From contig JACQHR010000011.1 of the NCBI GenBank assembly GCA_016198905.1, forward strand, positions 7,427 to 71,426: 64,000 nt of DNA. Reading direction: 5' to 3'. This DNA comes from Candidatus Omnitrophota bacterium (GTDB lineage Bacteria > Omnitrophota > Gorgyraeia > Aquiviventales > Aquiviventaceae). Of this stretch, positions 27,051 through 37,431 are shown piece by piece; position 1 is the stretch's first letter, and the number at the start of each line of letters is the position of its first letter. The translations under genes and the position numbers were made by a program. Below the pieces are notes generated by a model, which saw nothing but the letters and a program-made list of their open reading frames with translations, did no database searches and was not told the origin of the DNA.

Positions 27051-28274
27051 GCGAGTCGTCGGTGTTTTCGTGCGTCCTGCTGCGGGTCGGCCGTTGGGCT
27101 GCTCGGCCGAGCCCTTGCGGGCCATGCCGACGCGCTGGACTTGCTGGAAGATCTTCCCTTCCGTCTGGATCGACGGCGCGATGATGATCTCGGTCATCTG
27201 GAACGCTTTGATGTTCTGCGACCCCACTGTGCCCATGCAGGTCGTCAACGCGCCCATGAGATTCTGCGAGCCATCATCGGTCGCCGCAGGGCCGAACAGA
27301 ATCTGCTCAAGCGTGCCCGTCGTGCCCACGTAGATGCGCGTGCCGCGCGGCAGGCTCGCGTGCGGATACGCCATCCCCCAATGGTGGCCATGACCGGGCG
27401 CTTCCTTAGCCTTGGCGAAGGCCGAGCCCACCATCACCGCATCCGAGCCGCAGGCAAAAGCTTTGCAGATATCGCCGCCGTTGCGCATGCCGCCATCGGT
27501 AATGATCGGCACATACCGCCCGGATTTCTTGTGGTAAAAATCGCGCGCCGAGGCGCAGTCTACGGTGGCCGTGACCTGCGGAACACCGACGCCCAGAACA
27601 CCGCGCGTGGTGCACGCGGCTCCGGGTCCTACTCCGACGAGCAGCGCATCAGCGCCCACGTTCATCAGCTCGAGCGTTTGGTCGTACGTGACGACGTTGC
27701 CGATGATGACGGGAACTTTCATGCTCTTGAGGAACCGGCCGAAATCAAGCGCCTTGTACGATTTGGAAATATGGCGGGCGGTGGTGACGGTCGACTGCAC
27801 GACGAAAATGTCGCAGCCGGCTTCCTGGGCCACGGCGCCGAAGCGCTCGGCATTCTGCGGGATGGTGCTGACCGCGCACGGCACCTTGGCTTTCTTGATC
27901 TGCTCGACGCGCGCGGCGATGAGCTTTTCTTGGATGGGCGTCTTGTAGAGGCGCTGGACGATGCTGGTGGTTTCTTCGACGTCGCCTTGGATGATTTGGG
28001 TGATGGCCTCTTGCGGGTTTTTGTAGCGCGCCTGGACGCCATCGAGGTTGAGGACCGCCAAGCCGCCGAGCTTGCCCATGGCGATCGCGAAGTCCACATC
28101 CACGACGCCATCCATGGCCGAGGCCACGAAGGGCACGCGGAACTTGTGGTCGCGGATCGACCACGCGGTGTCGACTTCGAGCGGGTTCATGCTGACTGCC
28201 CCTGGCACTAACGCGATCTCATCAAAGCCGTAACAGCGCCGCGCGCGCCGCCCAATGCCGATCCACTCAGCCAT
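27039..28274 (-). CDS. IMP dehydrogenase-related protein without CBS pair (GuaB3-like)
   Basis: 411 aa with [11 protein letters not shown] at the N-terminus, a TIM-barrel IMPDH pattern ([11 protein letters not shown]) and no CBS insert. It has a basic C-terminal tail. Confidence 0.8.
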   Translation of the reverse strand: MAEWIGIGRRARRCYGFDEIALVPGAVSMNPLEVDTAWSIRDHKFRVPFVASAMDGVVDVDFAIAMGKLGGLAVLNLDGVQARYKNPQEAITQIIQGDVEETTSIVQRLYKTPIQEKLIAARVEQIKKAKVPCAVSTIPQNAERFGAVAQEAGCDIFVVQSTVTTARHISKSYKALDFGRFLKSMKVPVIIGNVVTYDQTLELMNVGADALLVGVGPGAACTTRGVLGVGVPQVTATVDCASARDFYHKKSGRYVPIITDGGMRNGGDICKAFACGSDAVMVGSAFAKAKEAPGHGHHWGMAYPHASLPRGTRIYVGTTGTLEQILFGPAATDDGSQNLMGALTTCMGTVGSQNIKAFQMTEIIIAPSIQTEGKIFQQVQRVGMARKGSAEQPNGRPAAGRTKTPTTRAAR

Positions 28275-28357
28275 TGTGTGCTACTCCTCTCGTGAGAAGA
28301 AACGATGAATGAGCGAGTCCAGCGCTAAGCACAAAGCACAAAGTAAAAACTGGTCTT

Positions 28358-28391
28358 AAAAACACACAAACCACGCCCGCAGGCGTGGTTT
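28358..28391 (-). terminator. Rho-independent terminator
   Basis: The minus strand reads AAACCACGCC-TGCGG-GCGTGGTTT followed by GTGTGTTTTT. It lies about 85 nt upstream of the guaB-like start and about 265 nt downstream of the orphan gene stop. Confidence 0.6.
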
Positions 28392-28655
28392 CTCGGTGGA
28401 GAGAGTCAGGTTGCCTTGAATCACTCACGACCATACTCGATTTTAGCCATCGAACCCCCTCGTGTCAATATCGTAGGCGGGGCCTGTCAGGGGGCTTGGC
28501 TGCGCCGCACCGCTTGGTGCGCCCCGGCGCGGCGCATCCGCCCTGCGACCGAGCCCGGGTACCCAGCGAAGCTGGGTGGGCGACGGAAGTGCCGGAAGCC
28601 GCAGGCTACCGGCCCACCCGCCCAATTCGTCATGTGTCCCAGATTCCCGCTATTC

Positions 28656-29894
28656 TCAGTCTCGAGCCTTGCCGTCCCACGGGATTTCCTTCAGAAACGG
28701 ATAATGCTCCCTTACGAATGTAGTTTGCCGAGGAACACAGGTAATTACAACTTTAGTTATATCAATTTCACCAGAGATCCGATCATCCGCTCTGCTATAG
28801 AATGTGACTGTTTCGACCTCATCTTTGTGTTGTTTCCTCATAAGGGCCGAGAGTAGAGCATCGTTTTTCTTCGATTTCCAGATCTGACCTACCACGAATT
28901 CACCCTTTTTGAGAGTCTTTAGCGTCTTGATGGATGCGTCTGGACTAGTCGAGATCGATTGGCCTTCCGCAAGCCTTCCTAGAAACGAGAAACCTTCTCC
29001 GGCTCCTGAGGTAATTTTAACGTCATCCTCTAGTGCAGTTACCTTGAATTCATATAGTAGCCAAAAATTTATGGCCAACGGAGTCCAAGGAGCGCTCTGG
29101 ACTCGCACGGCTAACTCAACCAGGCTTTTCAAACAATAGGCAACTGTTTGCTCGGTCCAATTTCCCGGATGCCCATATGGGTCTTGTTGCCAATTGACCG
29201 ACAGTTGCCCGGAAGGCTCCTCGGTAATACGGGGTAGAAAATCTTGAAGGCATAGAAAACTATTTGCGTCAACACCGAATGGCATGAGTGCAGTAGCATC
29301 CGTCGCGCGCCCCACACCTACAGGAATGCCACGAATCGACGGGTTGTCAGAAGTCTTGATCAAATAGAACAGAGCACGCGCGAGCAGTTCAAGAGCTTCC
29401 TTATGTCTGCGATCACGATCTGCCTGCTTGGCCTCCGCTATTAGTGTCGCTATCTGTTCATCCTCCAAGAGAGCGGAGTCATCAATGTCGACTAGTGTTC
29501 GACCGAGATGCGCCTTGCATGCGTTCGAGATATGATCGAAGGTATCTCGTCCAACAGTTGCCCACTCATCAACGTTGGGTAATTGGCCCTGATGTTTGAT
29601 CGCAACACGTTGAAGATTGAGCCGCTGAATAAAGGCCGAAGGAGGTAGATCTACTTTAGCTTCGTTATGAAGCGTACCAGAATAATCAATGATGCCGAAA
29701 TTATGGGGCGGCTTCTTAGGCATATTAGGCGTATAACCAAGATGATCGACTATGGCAGATAGGGCCAATTCCGCCGCAGTATGCGCCACAAGGACGTGCC
29801 TGGCTACTTCGTGAGCGTTCTTCGTTTGCACGAAACGGATCTCACCTAAAAACGATTTACAAATAAGGAGCCGCTGAACAACATCTGGTCGCAT
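28656..29894 (-). CDS. Orphan hypothetical protein in an AT-richer island
   Basis: 412-aa ORF with ordinary, coding-like amino-acid composition. 60-nt lines I counted inside it are about 37-45% GC, against clearly GC-rich flanks. I recognise no domain. Confidence 0.6.
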   Translation of the reverse strand: MRPDVVQRLLICKSFLGEIRFVQTKNAHEVARHVLVAHTAAELALSAIVDHLGYTPNMPKKPPHNFGIIDYSGTLHNEAKVDLPPSAFIQRLNLQRVAIKHQGQLPNVDEWATVGRDTFDHISNACKAHLGRTLVDIDDSALLEDEQIATLIAEAKQADRDRRHKEALELLARALFYLIKTSDNPSIRGIPVGVGRATDATALMPFGVDANSFLCLQDFLPRITEEPSGQLSVNWQQDPYGHPGNWTEQTVAYCLKSLVELAVRVQSAPWTPLAINFWLLYEFKVTALEDDVKITSGAGEGFSFLGRLAEGQSISTSPDASIKTLKTLKKGEFVVGQIWKSKKNDALLSALMRKQHKDEVETVTFYSRADDRISGEIDITKVVITCVPRQTTFVREHYPFLKEIPWDGKARD

Positions 29895-29941
29895 GTAAAG
29901 TAATTCTCTAGGCTTGTGAGTTGCGCCACAGAAGCAAATCA

Positions 29942-30043
29942 GTGCCGCTCTAAATAGTGTCGTCTAAGGGCTGGGTCAGCACATGTTAGTCGGGTCTATT
30001 TAGGAAGATCGGTGCCGTCCTAAATAGTGTCGTCTAAGAGCTG
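29942..30043. repeat. Two 32-bp direct repeats (29/32 identical), 70-bp period, upstream of the orphan gene
   Basis: GTGCCGCTCTAAATAGTGTCGTCTAAGGGCTG (29942-29973) and GTGCCGTCCTAAATAGTGTCGTCTAAGAGCTG (30012-30043). The spacer holds CTATTTAGGA, the inverse of TCCTAAATAG. Confidence 0.8.
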
Positions 30044-30236
30044 CATCATCAAGTGGCGGGTGGCAGGGCGGCCACCGAGCCGGACGTCTCGGAGGGCGAG
30101 CGGCCACGGTTCACGCCATCACCATTCCCTAGCGGGAGAGCGAGCCCGAGAGCCGAGCGCCGGCGGCCACGGTGGGGCCGACGAGCGCGTGCCGGCGAGG
30201 GGACGCCCTGACAACACCCACCGCTCTGAAATGCAG

Positions 30237-30291
30237 AACCCCGCCCGGTCATTCGACCGAGCGGGGTTTGCGATCGCGACCGAACGGTCGC
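30237..30291 (-). terminator. Two hairpins downstream of groES2 (terminator candidate)
   Basis: GCGACCGAACGGTCGC (30276-30291) and AACCCCGCCC..GAGCGGGGTT (30237-30268). The U-tract is weak. Confidence 0.4.
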
Positions 30292-30295
30292 AAAC

Positions 30296-30613
30296 TTAGG
30301 TGACGATGGCCAGAATATCGTCCTCGTTAAGGAAGACGTATTCCTTATCGTCGACCTTGATCTCGTTGCCTGAGTACTTGCCGAAGATGATCTTGTCGCC
30401 GGCCTTCACCGCCAACGGGACCACCTTGCCGTTCTTCAAGAGACGGCCGGAGCCCACCGCAATTACTTTGCCTTCTTGCGGCTTCTCCTGCGCGGAATCG
30501 GGAAGGTAGAGCCCGCCTCTGCTCTTTTCAGCGGATCCCAACCGTTGGGCGATCACCCGATCACCGATCGGCTTGAGTTTCAACGAACTCGCTGTTGCTG
30601 TTGCAGTCGCCAT
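30296..30613 (-). CDS. groES: Co-chaperonin GroES, second copy located downstream of groEL
   Basis: 105 aa: [69 protein letters not shown]. Confidence 0.85.
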   Translation of the reverse strand: MATATATASSLKLKPIGDRVIAQRLGSAEKSRGGLYLPDSAQEKPQEGKVIAVGSGRLLKNGKVVPLAVKAGDKIIFGKYSGNEIKVDDKEYVFLNEDDILAIVT

Positions 30614-30651
30614 TTGCGATCTCCTTCAACTCGGAACCCGGAACCGGTTTC

Positions 30652-32310
<1,659 letters not shown>

Positions 32311-32601
32311 TTACGATTGCACAACGGCGAGGATGTCGTCTTCTTTGAGGATGAGATAGTCCTCGCCCTCGACCGACACCTCGGTTCCCGAATACTTCCC
32401 GTATAACACGCGGTCGCCGTTCTTGATCTCGAGGGACTTCACCGTCCCATCATCAAGAAGGCGACCCGTTCCGATCGCAAGCACCTTTCCCTCTTGCGGC
32501 TTTTCCTTCGCGGAATCTGGCAAGACCAGTCCGCTCTTCGTTTTTCCCTGCGCATCGAGGGGTCTGACCACGATGCGATCTGCCAATGGTTTCAGCGCCA
32601 T
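32311..32601 (-). CDS. groES: Co-chaperonin GroES, first copy
   Basis: ATG at 32601 with AGGAGG upstream gives [29 protein letters not shown]. The track start (TTG 32679) runs through the CIRCE element. Confidence 0.95.
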   Translation of the reverse strand: MALKPLADRIVVRPLDAQGKTKSGLVLPDSAKEKPQEGKVLAIGTGRLLDDGTVKSLEIKNGDRVLYGKYSGTEVSVEGEDYLILKEDDILAVVQS

Positions 32602-32615
32602 GCGCCATCCTCCTG

Positions 32616-32642
32616 TTAGCAATCCACATTTCTGAGTGCTAA
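32616..32642 (-). promoter_or_regulatory. CIRCE operator (HrcA binding site)
   Basis: TTAGCAATC-N9-GAGTGCTAA against the consensus TTAGCACTC-N9-GAGTGCTAA. It lies 15 nt upstream of the groES start. Confidence 0.85.
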
Positions 32643-32751
32643 TTTGAGTTGATTGTAACAGCTCCGAAAGGCATTTCAAGGGTGAAAAACGAGATATTTA
32701 TTGATCTTGTGGCCTGATTATATCAGATAGATGAGTAAGACGCACTATATC

Positions 32752-33648
32752 TTATGATTTAAATGATTTCTTGCTCTGAGGCGGTTTTGGAAGAAGGCTC
32801 AGATGGTAGAGGCCTTCAAGGACAAGGTGGGGTTTGAGCACATCGATGGTCTTGGAATGCTTGACAATCAGCGGGCTGGCTCCGCCGGTGGCAACGACCT
32901 TGGCGTTTGGGGCATATTGCCTCTTCAGTTGGGTCACCAATCCATCGCAGAGCGCCACACAACCAAAGAGCACGCCGGAGCGGATGCTGTTGGCGGTGTC
33001 GCGGCCCAGCAGCTCGGGCGGCTCGCGCAGCTCAACTTTCGGCAAGAGCGCGGTGCGGCTGGCGAGCGCTTCGAGCGAGATATCCAGGCCGGGCGCGATG
33101 ACGCCGCCGAGGTATTCTCCACCCCGCCCCTTGCTCCCGGTTTGGCGGGGGCCAGCTTTCACGATATCAATGGTGATGGCAGTGCCAAAATCGGCGACGA
33201 TGCAATCCTGCCCGCGCCCCCTGCCCCCTGCCCCCTGCCCCTGAGGAGCGCCGAATTCCTTCCATGCAGCGTAAGCTCCAACCAGGCGGTCTTGCCCCAC
33301 CTGCTCCGGATATGCGTAGCGGTTCTTGAGCGGGACGAACACATCTTGGCCGACAATGCGAATGGGAACGGCCTTCAATGAATGTAGAGCCTCGGTCAGC
33401 ACCGAGGCCATGCGCGGCACGACGCTGCAGAGGACGATCTGCTTGGCTTTCGTGAGATGCAGCCGTCGGCTCGTGGCCAGCGCTTTCAGTTGAAGGGTGA
33501 CTTCATCCGGCGTGCGCCAGGGTTGTGTCGCGATGGAAAACTGCGATCTTAGCCGCGCGCCCTCCCCGGCCCGTCCATCACGAGAGCCGGGGCGGGCAAA
33601 GACGCCAAAGCTCGTCGTCGTGTTCCCGATATCAATCGCGATCATCAT
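32752..33648 (-). CDS. coaX: Type III pantothenate kinase
   Basis: MMIAIDIGNTTTSFGVF start and VADFGTAITID. Carries a repeat-encoded insertion PQGQGAGGRGRGQD. Confidence 0.9.
   Translation of the reverse strand: MMIAIDIGNTTTSFGVFARPGSRDGRAGEGARLRSQFSIATQPWRTPDEVTLQLKALATSRRLHLTKAKQIVLCSVVPRMASVLTEALHSLKAVPIRIVGQDVFVPLKNRYAYPEQVGQDRLVGAYAAWKEFGAPQGQGAGGRGRGQDCIVADFGTAITIDIVKAGPRQTGSKGRGGEYLGGVIAPGLDISLEALASRTALLPKVELREPPELLGRDTANSIRSGVLFGCVALCDGLVTQLKRQYAPNAKVVATGGASPLIVKHSKTIDVLKPHLVLEGLYHLSLLPKPPQSKKSFKS
33209..33243. repeat. (GCCCCCT)n heptamer array inside coaX
   Basis: TGCCCGCGCCCCCTGCCCCCTGCCCCCTGCCCCTG. The coding strand is G-rich. Confidence 0.9.
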
Positions 33649-33692
33649 CTGTTGATCTCTTCACCCCCACACCAAAGATTTGGTGTGGGGGT

Positions 33693-34523
33693 TCACCGCA
33701 ACAAGGTCACTTCGCCCATGTCGAAGGCGCGCTGGACGCCGGAGTCAAGACGGACGACGAGCCGGCCTTGCTCATCGAGATCGCTGGCGGTGCCTTCGAA
33801 GCGGCTGGAGCCGGCGGCGATGTGCACGACCTGGCCGAAGAGCCCCATGAACGGTCGCAGCGCTTCACGGATCGGGGCGAATCCTTGCGATGACCAGACA
33901 TCGTACCACGTCTGAAACTGGCGGCACAACGCCGCCGTCAGCTCATACGAGTCTGCGTGCATGGCTCCCGCGGCTTTGAGCGATGTCGCGTGCTCAGGCA
34001 AATCGAGCGGATCGGTGGTGACGTTGAGGCCGACGCCGATGATGACGTAGCTCTGTGTGCTGTGTGCTTGGTGCTGTGTGCTAAAGGGTATTGCGGCTTC
34101 CACCAAAATCCCGCATACCTTTTTACCATCGATGAGGACGTCATTCGGCCAGCGGATCGTGGCAAACAACCCCGCAGATTGTTGAATCGTCTGCACCGCC
34201 GCGAGCCCGGCCACGAGCGACAGCTGCGGGATTTCGGTAGCGGTATGCAGGGGCCAGAGAATCAGCGAGAAGTACGCACCGCCTGCGGGCGACTCCCACA
34301 CGCGGCCAAGCCGGCCACGTCCCTGCTCCTGGCGCTGGGCCCACACGAGTGTCCCGTGCGGCGCGCGTTGTTGGGCCAGCTCATGCGCGACTTCCATCGT
34401 CGAGCCGACGGACGAAAACGCGTACAGCGAGCGGCCCATGGCGGTGCCCTCGAGGTGCTGGCGCAGCCGGGCTTCAAGCGCGCAATCGCGTGCGACTGGG
34501 GCGGCGGCGCTGGGTTGGCTCAT
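33693..34523 (-). CDS. birA: Biotin--[acetyl-CoA-carboxylase] ligase
   Basis: GRGRLGRVWESPAGG (GRGRxGRxW) motif. The start may be internal, since the track start overlaps uvrB by 50 nt. Contains an in-frame heptamer segment STQHQAHSTQS. Confidence 0.85.
   Translation of the reverse strand: MSQPSAAAPVARDCALEARLRQHLEGTAMGRSLYAFSSVGSTMEVAHELAQQRAPHGTLVWAQRQEQGRGRLGRVWESPAGGAYFSLILWPLHTATEIPQLSLVAGLAAVQTIQQSAGLFATIRWPNDVLIDGKKVCGILVEAAIPFSTQHQAHSTQSYVIIGVGLNVTTDPLDLPEHATSLKAAGAMHADSYELTAALCRQFQTWYDVWSSQGFAPIREALRPFMGLFGQVVHIAAGSSRFEGTASDLDEQGRLVVRLDSGVQRAFDMGEVTLLR
34053..34082. repeat. GCTGTGT-type heptamer array inside birA
   Basis: CTGTGTGCTGTGTGCTTGGTGCTGTGTGCT. Confidence 0.9.
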
Positions 34524-36498
34524 CGCTGAGGTGATAGGTGTCTTTCAAGGAACGAATCTGGTCGCGCAGCACGGCGGCGCGCTCAAACTGCAGCCCTTTG
34601 GCGCACAGGAGCATCTCCTCCTCGAGCTCGGAGAGCGTCTGCATGACCTCATGCTGCTCGATCGAAAGGCCGGACTGCTCGACGGTAAACGCTTCGGCCT
34701 GCCGGACCGCTTCGATGCTTTCCCGGATCGCTTTGATGATCGTGGTCGGCGTGATGGCGTTGCGCTGATTGTAGTCGAGCTGCTTCGCGCGCCGGCGGTT
34801 CGTCGTTTCCATCAGTGCTCGCATCGCGCCGGTGAGATGATCGCCATAGAGGATCACTTCGCCGTTGACGTTGCGCGCGGCCCGGCCGGCCACCTGGATG
34901 AGCGATGTCGCTGAACGGAGGAACCCTTCCTTATCCGCATCGAGGACCGCGACGAGCGAGACCTCGGGTAAGTCCAACCCTTCGCGCAGCAGGTTGATCC
35001 CGACGAGGCAGTCGAAATCACCTTTGCGCAGGTCGCGCAGGATTTCCACGCGCTCGATGGCATCGATATCCGAGTGCAGATACTTCACGCGCAAACCCGC
35101 CTCGGTGAGATAGCGCGTGAGATCTTCGGACATGCGTTTCGTCAGCGTCGTCACCAGCACGCGCTCTTTCTTCTCTGCGCGGACCTTGACCTGCTGAATC
35201 AGGTCATCAACTTGACCGGTGGTCGGTTTGACCGTGATGGCTGGGTCGATGAGCCCTGTCGGACGAATGACTTGCTGCACGACCTTGCCTTCGCAGCGCT
35301 CAAGCTCATACGGCCCCGGCGTGGCCGAGACAAAGATCGTTTGGTTGAGTAAGTCTTCGAATTCTTGAAACGTCTGCGGCCGATTCTCGAGCGCCGAGGG
35401 CAGCCGGAAGCCGTACTCGACGAGGACTTCTTTGCGCGCGCGGTCGCCTTCGTACATGCCGCGCACCTGCGGGACGGTGACGTGCGACTCATCGATGATG
35501 AGGAGGTAGTCTTTAGGAAAATAGTCGATGAGGCAATTGGGCCGCGAGCCTGGAGCTCGTCCGGCCAAGTGCCGCGAGTAGTTTTCCATGCCGTGGCAGT
35601 AGCCGAGCTCTTTCAACATTTCGAGGTCGTACTTGGTGCGCGACTCCAATCGCTGCGCTTCGAGGAGCTTGTTCTGCGTTTGGAGATTGCGCACGCACTC
35701 GAGCATCTCGGCGCGAATAGTCTCAAGCCCGACAGCGAGTTTGTCTTTATTGGTGAGGAAGTGCTTGGCCGGATAGATGGCGATCTTCGGCAACTCGCTT
35801 AAGGAGTCGGAGGTCACCGGATCGATCTCGCGAATGCGGCCGATCTGTTCTCCTGAGAGCTCGACGCGGTACGCGGTCTGGCGATACGCCGGGAAGATAT
35901 CGATGATGTCGCCGCGCACGCGGAACGTCCCGCGATGAAAATCGACGTCGTTGCGCGCGTATTGGATGCCCACCAGCCACGAGAGGATCTCATCGCGCCG
36001 CGCGGTCGTGCCGACGGTGAGCCACACCATCTGCTGGCTGTACTCATCAGGGTCGCCGAGATTATAGATGCACGAGACGCTGGCCACGATGATCGTATCG
36101 CGCCGGCTGAGCAGCGAGCTCGTGGCAGAGAGACGCAGCCGATCCAGGTCGTCGTTGATCGCCGCGTCCTTGTCGATGTAGGTGTCGGTCTGCGGGACGT
36201 AGGCTTCGGGCTGGTAGTAGTCGTAGTAGCTCACGAAATATTCGACCGCGTTGTGCGGAAACAGGTTCTTGAATTCACTGTAGAGCTGCGCCGCGAGCGT
36301 CTTGTTGTGCGAGATGACCAGCGTGGGTTTGTTGATGTTAGCGATGACGTGACTGACGCTGAAGGTCTTTCCGCTGCCCGTGACGCCCAGCAGCGTCTGA
36401 AACTTCTTCCCAGTCTGCACCCCTTCGGTGAGCGCCTTGATGGCCTCAGGTTGATCACCTTTAGGCGTGAGGTCTGTGACGAGCTCAAATCGATCCAT
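34474..36498 (-). CDS. uvrB: Excinuclease ABC subunit B
   Basis: 674 aa with GVTGSGKT, helicase motifs and a C-terminal UVR domain (FERAAVLRDQI). Confidence 0.97.
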   Translation of the reverse strand: MDRFELVTDLTPKGDQPEAIKALTEGVQTGKKFQTLLGVTGSGKTFSVSHVIANINKPTLVISHNKTLAAQLYSEFKNLFPHNAVEYFVSYYDYYQPEAYVPQTDTYIDKDAAINDDLDRLRLSATSSLLSRRDTIIVASVSCIYNLGDPDEYSQQMVWLTVGTTARRDEILSWLVGIQYARNDVDFHRGTFRVRGDIIDIFPAYRQTAYRVELSGEQIGRIREIDPVTSDSLSELPKIAIYPAKHFLTNKDKLAVGLETIRAEMLECVRNLQTQNKLLEAQRLESRTKYDLEMLKELGYCHGMENYSRHLAGRAPGSRPNCLIDYFPKDYLLIIDESHVTVPQVRGMYEGDRARKEVLVEYGFRLPSALENRPQTFQEFEDLLNQTIFVSATPGPYELERCEGKVVQQVIRPTGLIDPAITVKPTTGQVDDLIQQVKVRAEKKERVLVTTLTKRMSEDLTRYLTEAGLRVKYLHSDIDAIERVEILRDLRKGDFDCLVGINLLREGLDLPEVSLVAVLDADKEGFLRSATSLIQVAGRAARNVNGEVILYGDHLTGAMRALMETTNRRRAKQLDYNQRNAITPTTIIKAIRESIEAVRQAEAFTVEQSGLSIEQHEVMQTLSELEEEMLLCAKGLQFERAAVLRDQIRSLKDTYHLSDEPTQRRRPSRTRLRA

Positions 36499-36546
36499 AC
36501 GTCCGGCTCTGCAAGCTGCCCGGCCACCCGCGCCGCATCAAATGGC

Positions 36547-37431
36547 TCATTGGATCACTCGCAGCGACATATCCAACGAGGTCGCAGAGTGGGTGAGGCG
36601 GCCGATGGAGATGCGATCGACGCCGGTCTTGGCGATGGCGCGGACGTTGGCCAGCGTCACGCCGCCGGAAACTTCCAGCAAGACAGACCGGAGACCGGAG
36701 ACCGGAGACCGGACCGCCGCCCGAATTTCTTTAAGTGACATGTTGTCTAAGAGAATCGCGTCAGGTCGTGCATGGAGTGCCACTTGGAACTCACGGAGGT
36801 TTGTCACTTCGATTTCCACAGACCGCCTTGGTCTGACACGTTTGGCTGTTGCGACGAGCAGGGGGACGAGGCTTTCACTGTGTGCTGTGTGCTGTGTGCT
36901 GTGTGCTCTCAGGTGGTTCGTCTTGATCAAGATCGCCTCGGCCAGATCGCTGCGATGACTGGAGCCCCCGCCGGCGCGGACCGCGCACTTTTCTAGCGCA
37001 CGCAATCCGGGGGTCGTTTTCCTGGTGTCGAAAATTTTCGCGCGCGTGCCACGGACTCGCTGCACATAGGCCTGTGTCAGTGTGGCGATGCCGGAAAGAT
37101 GTCCAAGGAAATTGAGTGCGACCCGTTCGGCAGCGAAGATCGAGCGCGCTCGTCCCTCGATGGTGAGAATGGGCGTGCCAGGAGAAATCTTGGCACCGGA
37201 ACGCACGTGCAGCCGGCAGCGCAATGATGGATCCAGGGTCTTGAACGTCAGCATCGCCATCTTCACGCCGGCGGCGATACCGGACGACTTCGCGATGATG
37301 CGAGCCGTAATGCGCTGATTTGCCGGGATGATGGCGCGCGAGGTGACGTCGTGGCGGGCGCGATCCTCTGCGAGGGCGTGGCGAATGATCGGCAGCACTG
37401 CGCGGGCGGTCACGTCAGCCATTGCGCTCAC
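36547..37431 (-). CDS. nadC: Nicotinate-nucleotide diphosphorylase (carboxylating)
   Basis: 294 aa with ILIKTNH and LLEVSGGVTL..ISIGRLTHS. Carries two repeat-encoded segments (AHSTQHTAHS; VRSPVSGLRS). Confidence 0.9.
   Translation of the reverse strand: MSAMADVTARAVLPIIRHALAEDRARHDVTSRAIIPANQRITARIIAKSSGIAAGVKMAMLTFKTLDPSLRCRLHVRSGAKISPGTPILTIEGRARSIFAAERVALNFLGHLSGIATLTQAYVQRVRGTRAKIFDTRKTTPGLRALEKCAVRAGGGSSHRSDLAEAILIKTNHLRAHSTQHTAHSESLVPLLVATAKRVRPRRSVEIEVTNLREFQVALHARPDAILLDNMSLKEIRAAVRSPVSGLRSVLLEVSGGVTLANVRAIAKTGVDRISIGRLTHSATSLDMSLRVIQ
36685..36712. repeat. (AGACCGG)x4 heptamer array inside nadC
   Basis: Four perfect tandem AGACCGG units. Confidence 0.95.
36878..36907. repeat. (CTGTGTG)x4 heptamer array inside nadC
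   Basis: CTGTGTGCTGTGTGCTGTGTGCTGTGTGCT. Confidence 0.95.

Noticed and set aside
28395-28470. tRNA/tmRNA-like fragments on the minus strand (GGGGGTTCGATGG and ..CTCTCCACCG).
   Set aside because: No complementary T-stem follows the TTCGAT loop. No acceptor pairing, no tag-peptide reading frame and no 5' GGGG..GA tmRNA start could be found. This is at most a decayed fragment.
28575-28610. An SRP-RNA-like CCGGAAGCCGCAGGC segment with a GGAA tetraloop.
   Set aside because: The flanking bases cannot form the conserved helix-8 symmetric and asymmetric loops (GGUCC-GGAA-GGAAGCAGCC). The alternative pairing GCCGG..CCGGC is more stable. RNase P CR-I/CR-V, ZTP and ykkC-type consensus blocks were also not found.
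29942-30043. A possible mini-CRISPR array: two 32-bp repeats separated by a 38-bp spacer.
   Set aside because: There are only two copies and they differ at 3 positions. The 'spacer' contains an inverted copy of the repeat core, and no cas genes or leader are present. Operator sites or a recombination remnant upstream of the orphan gene explain it better.
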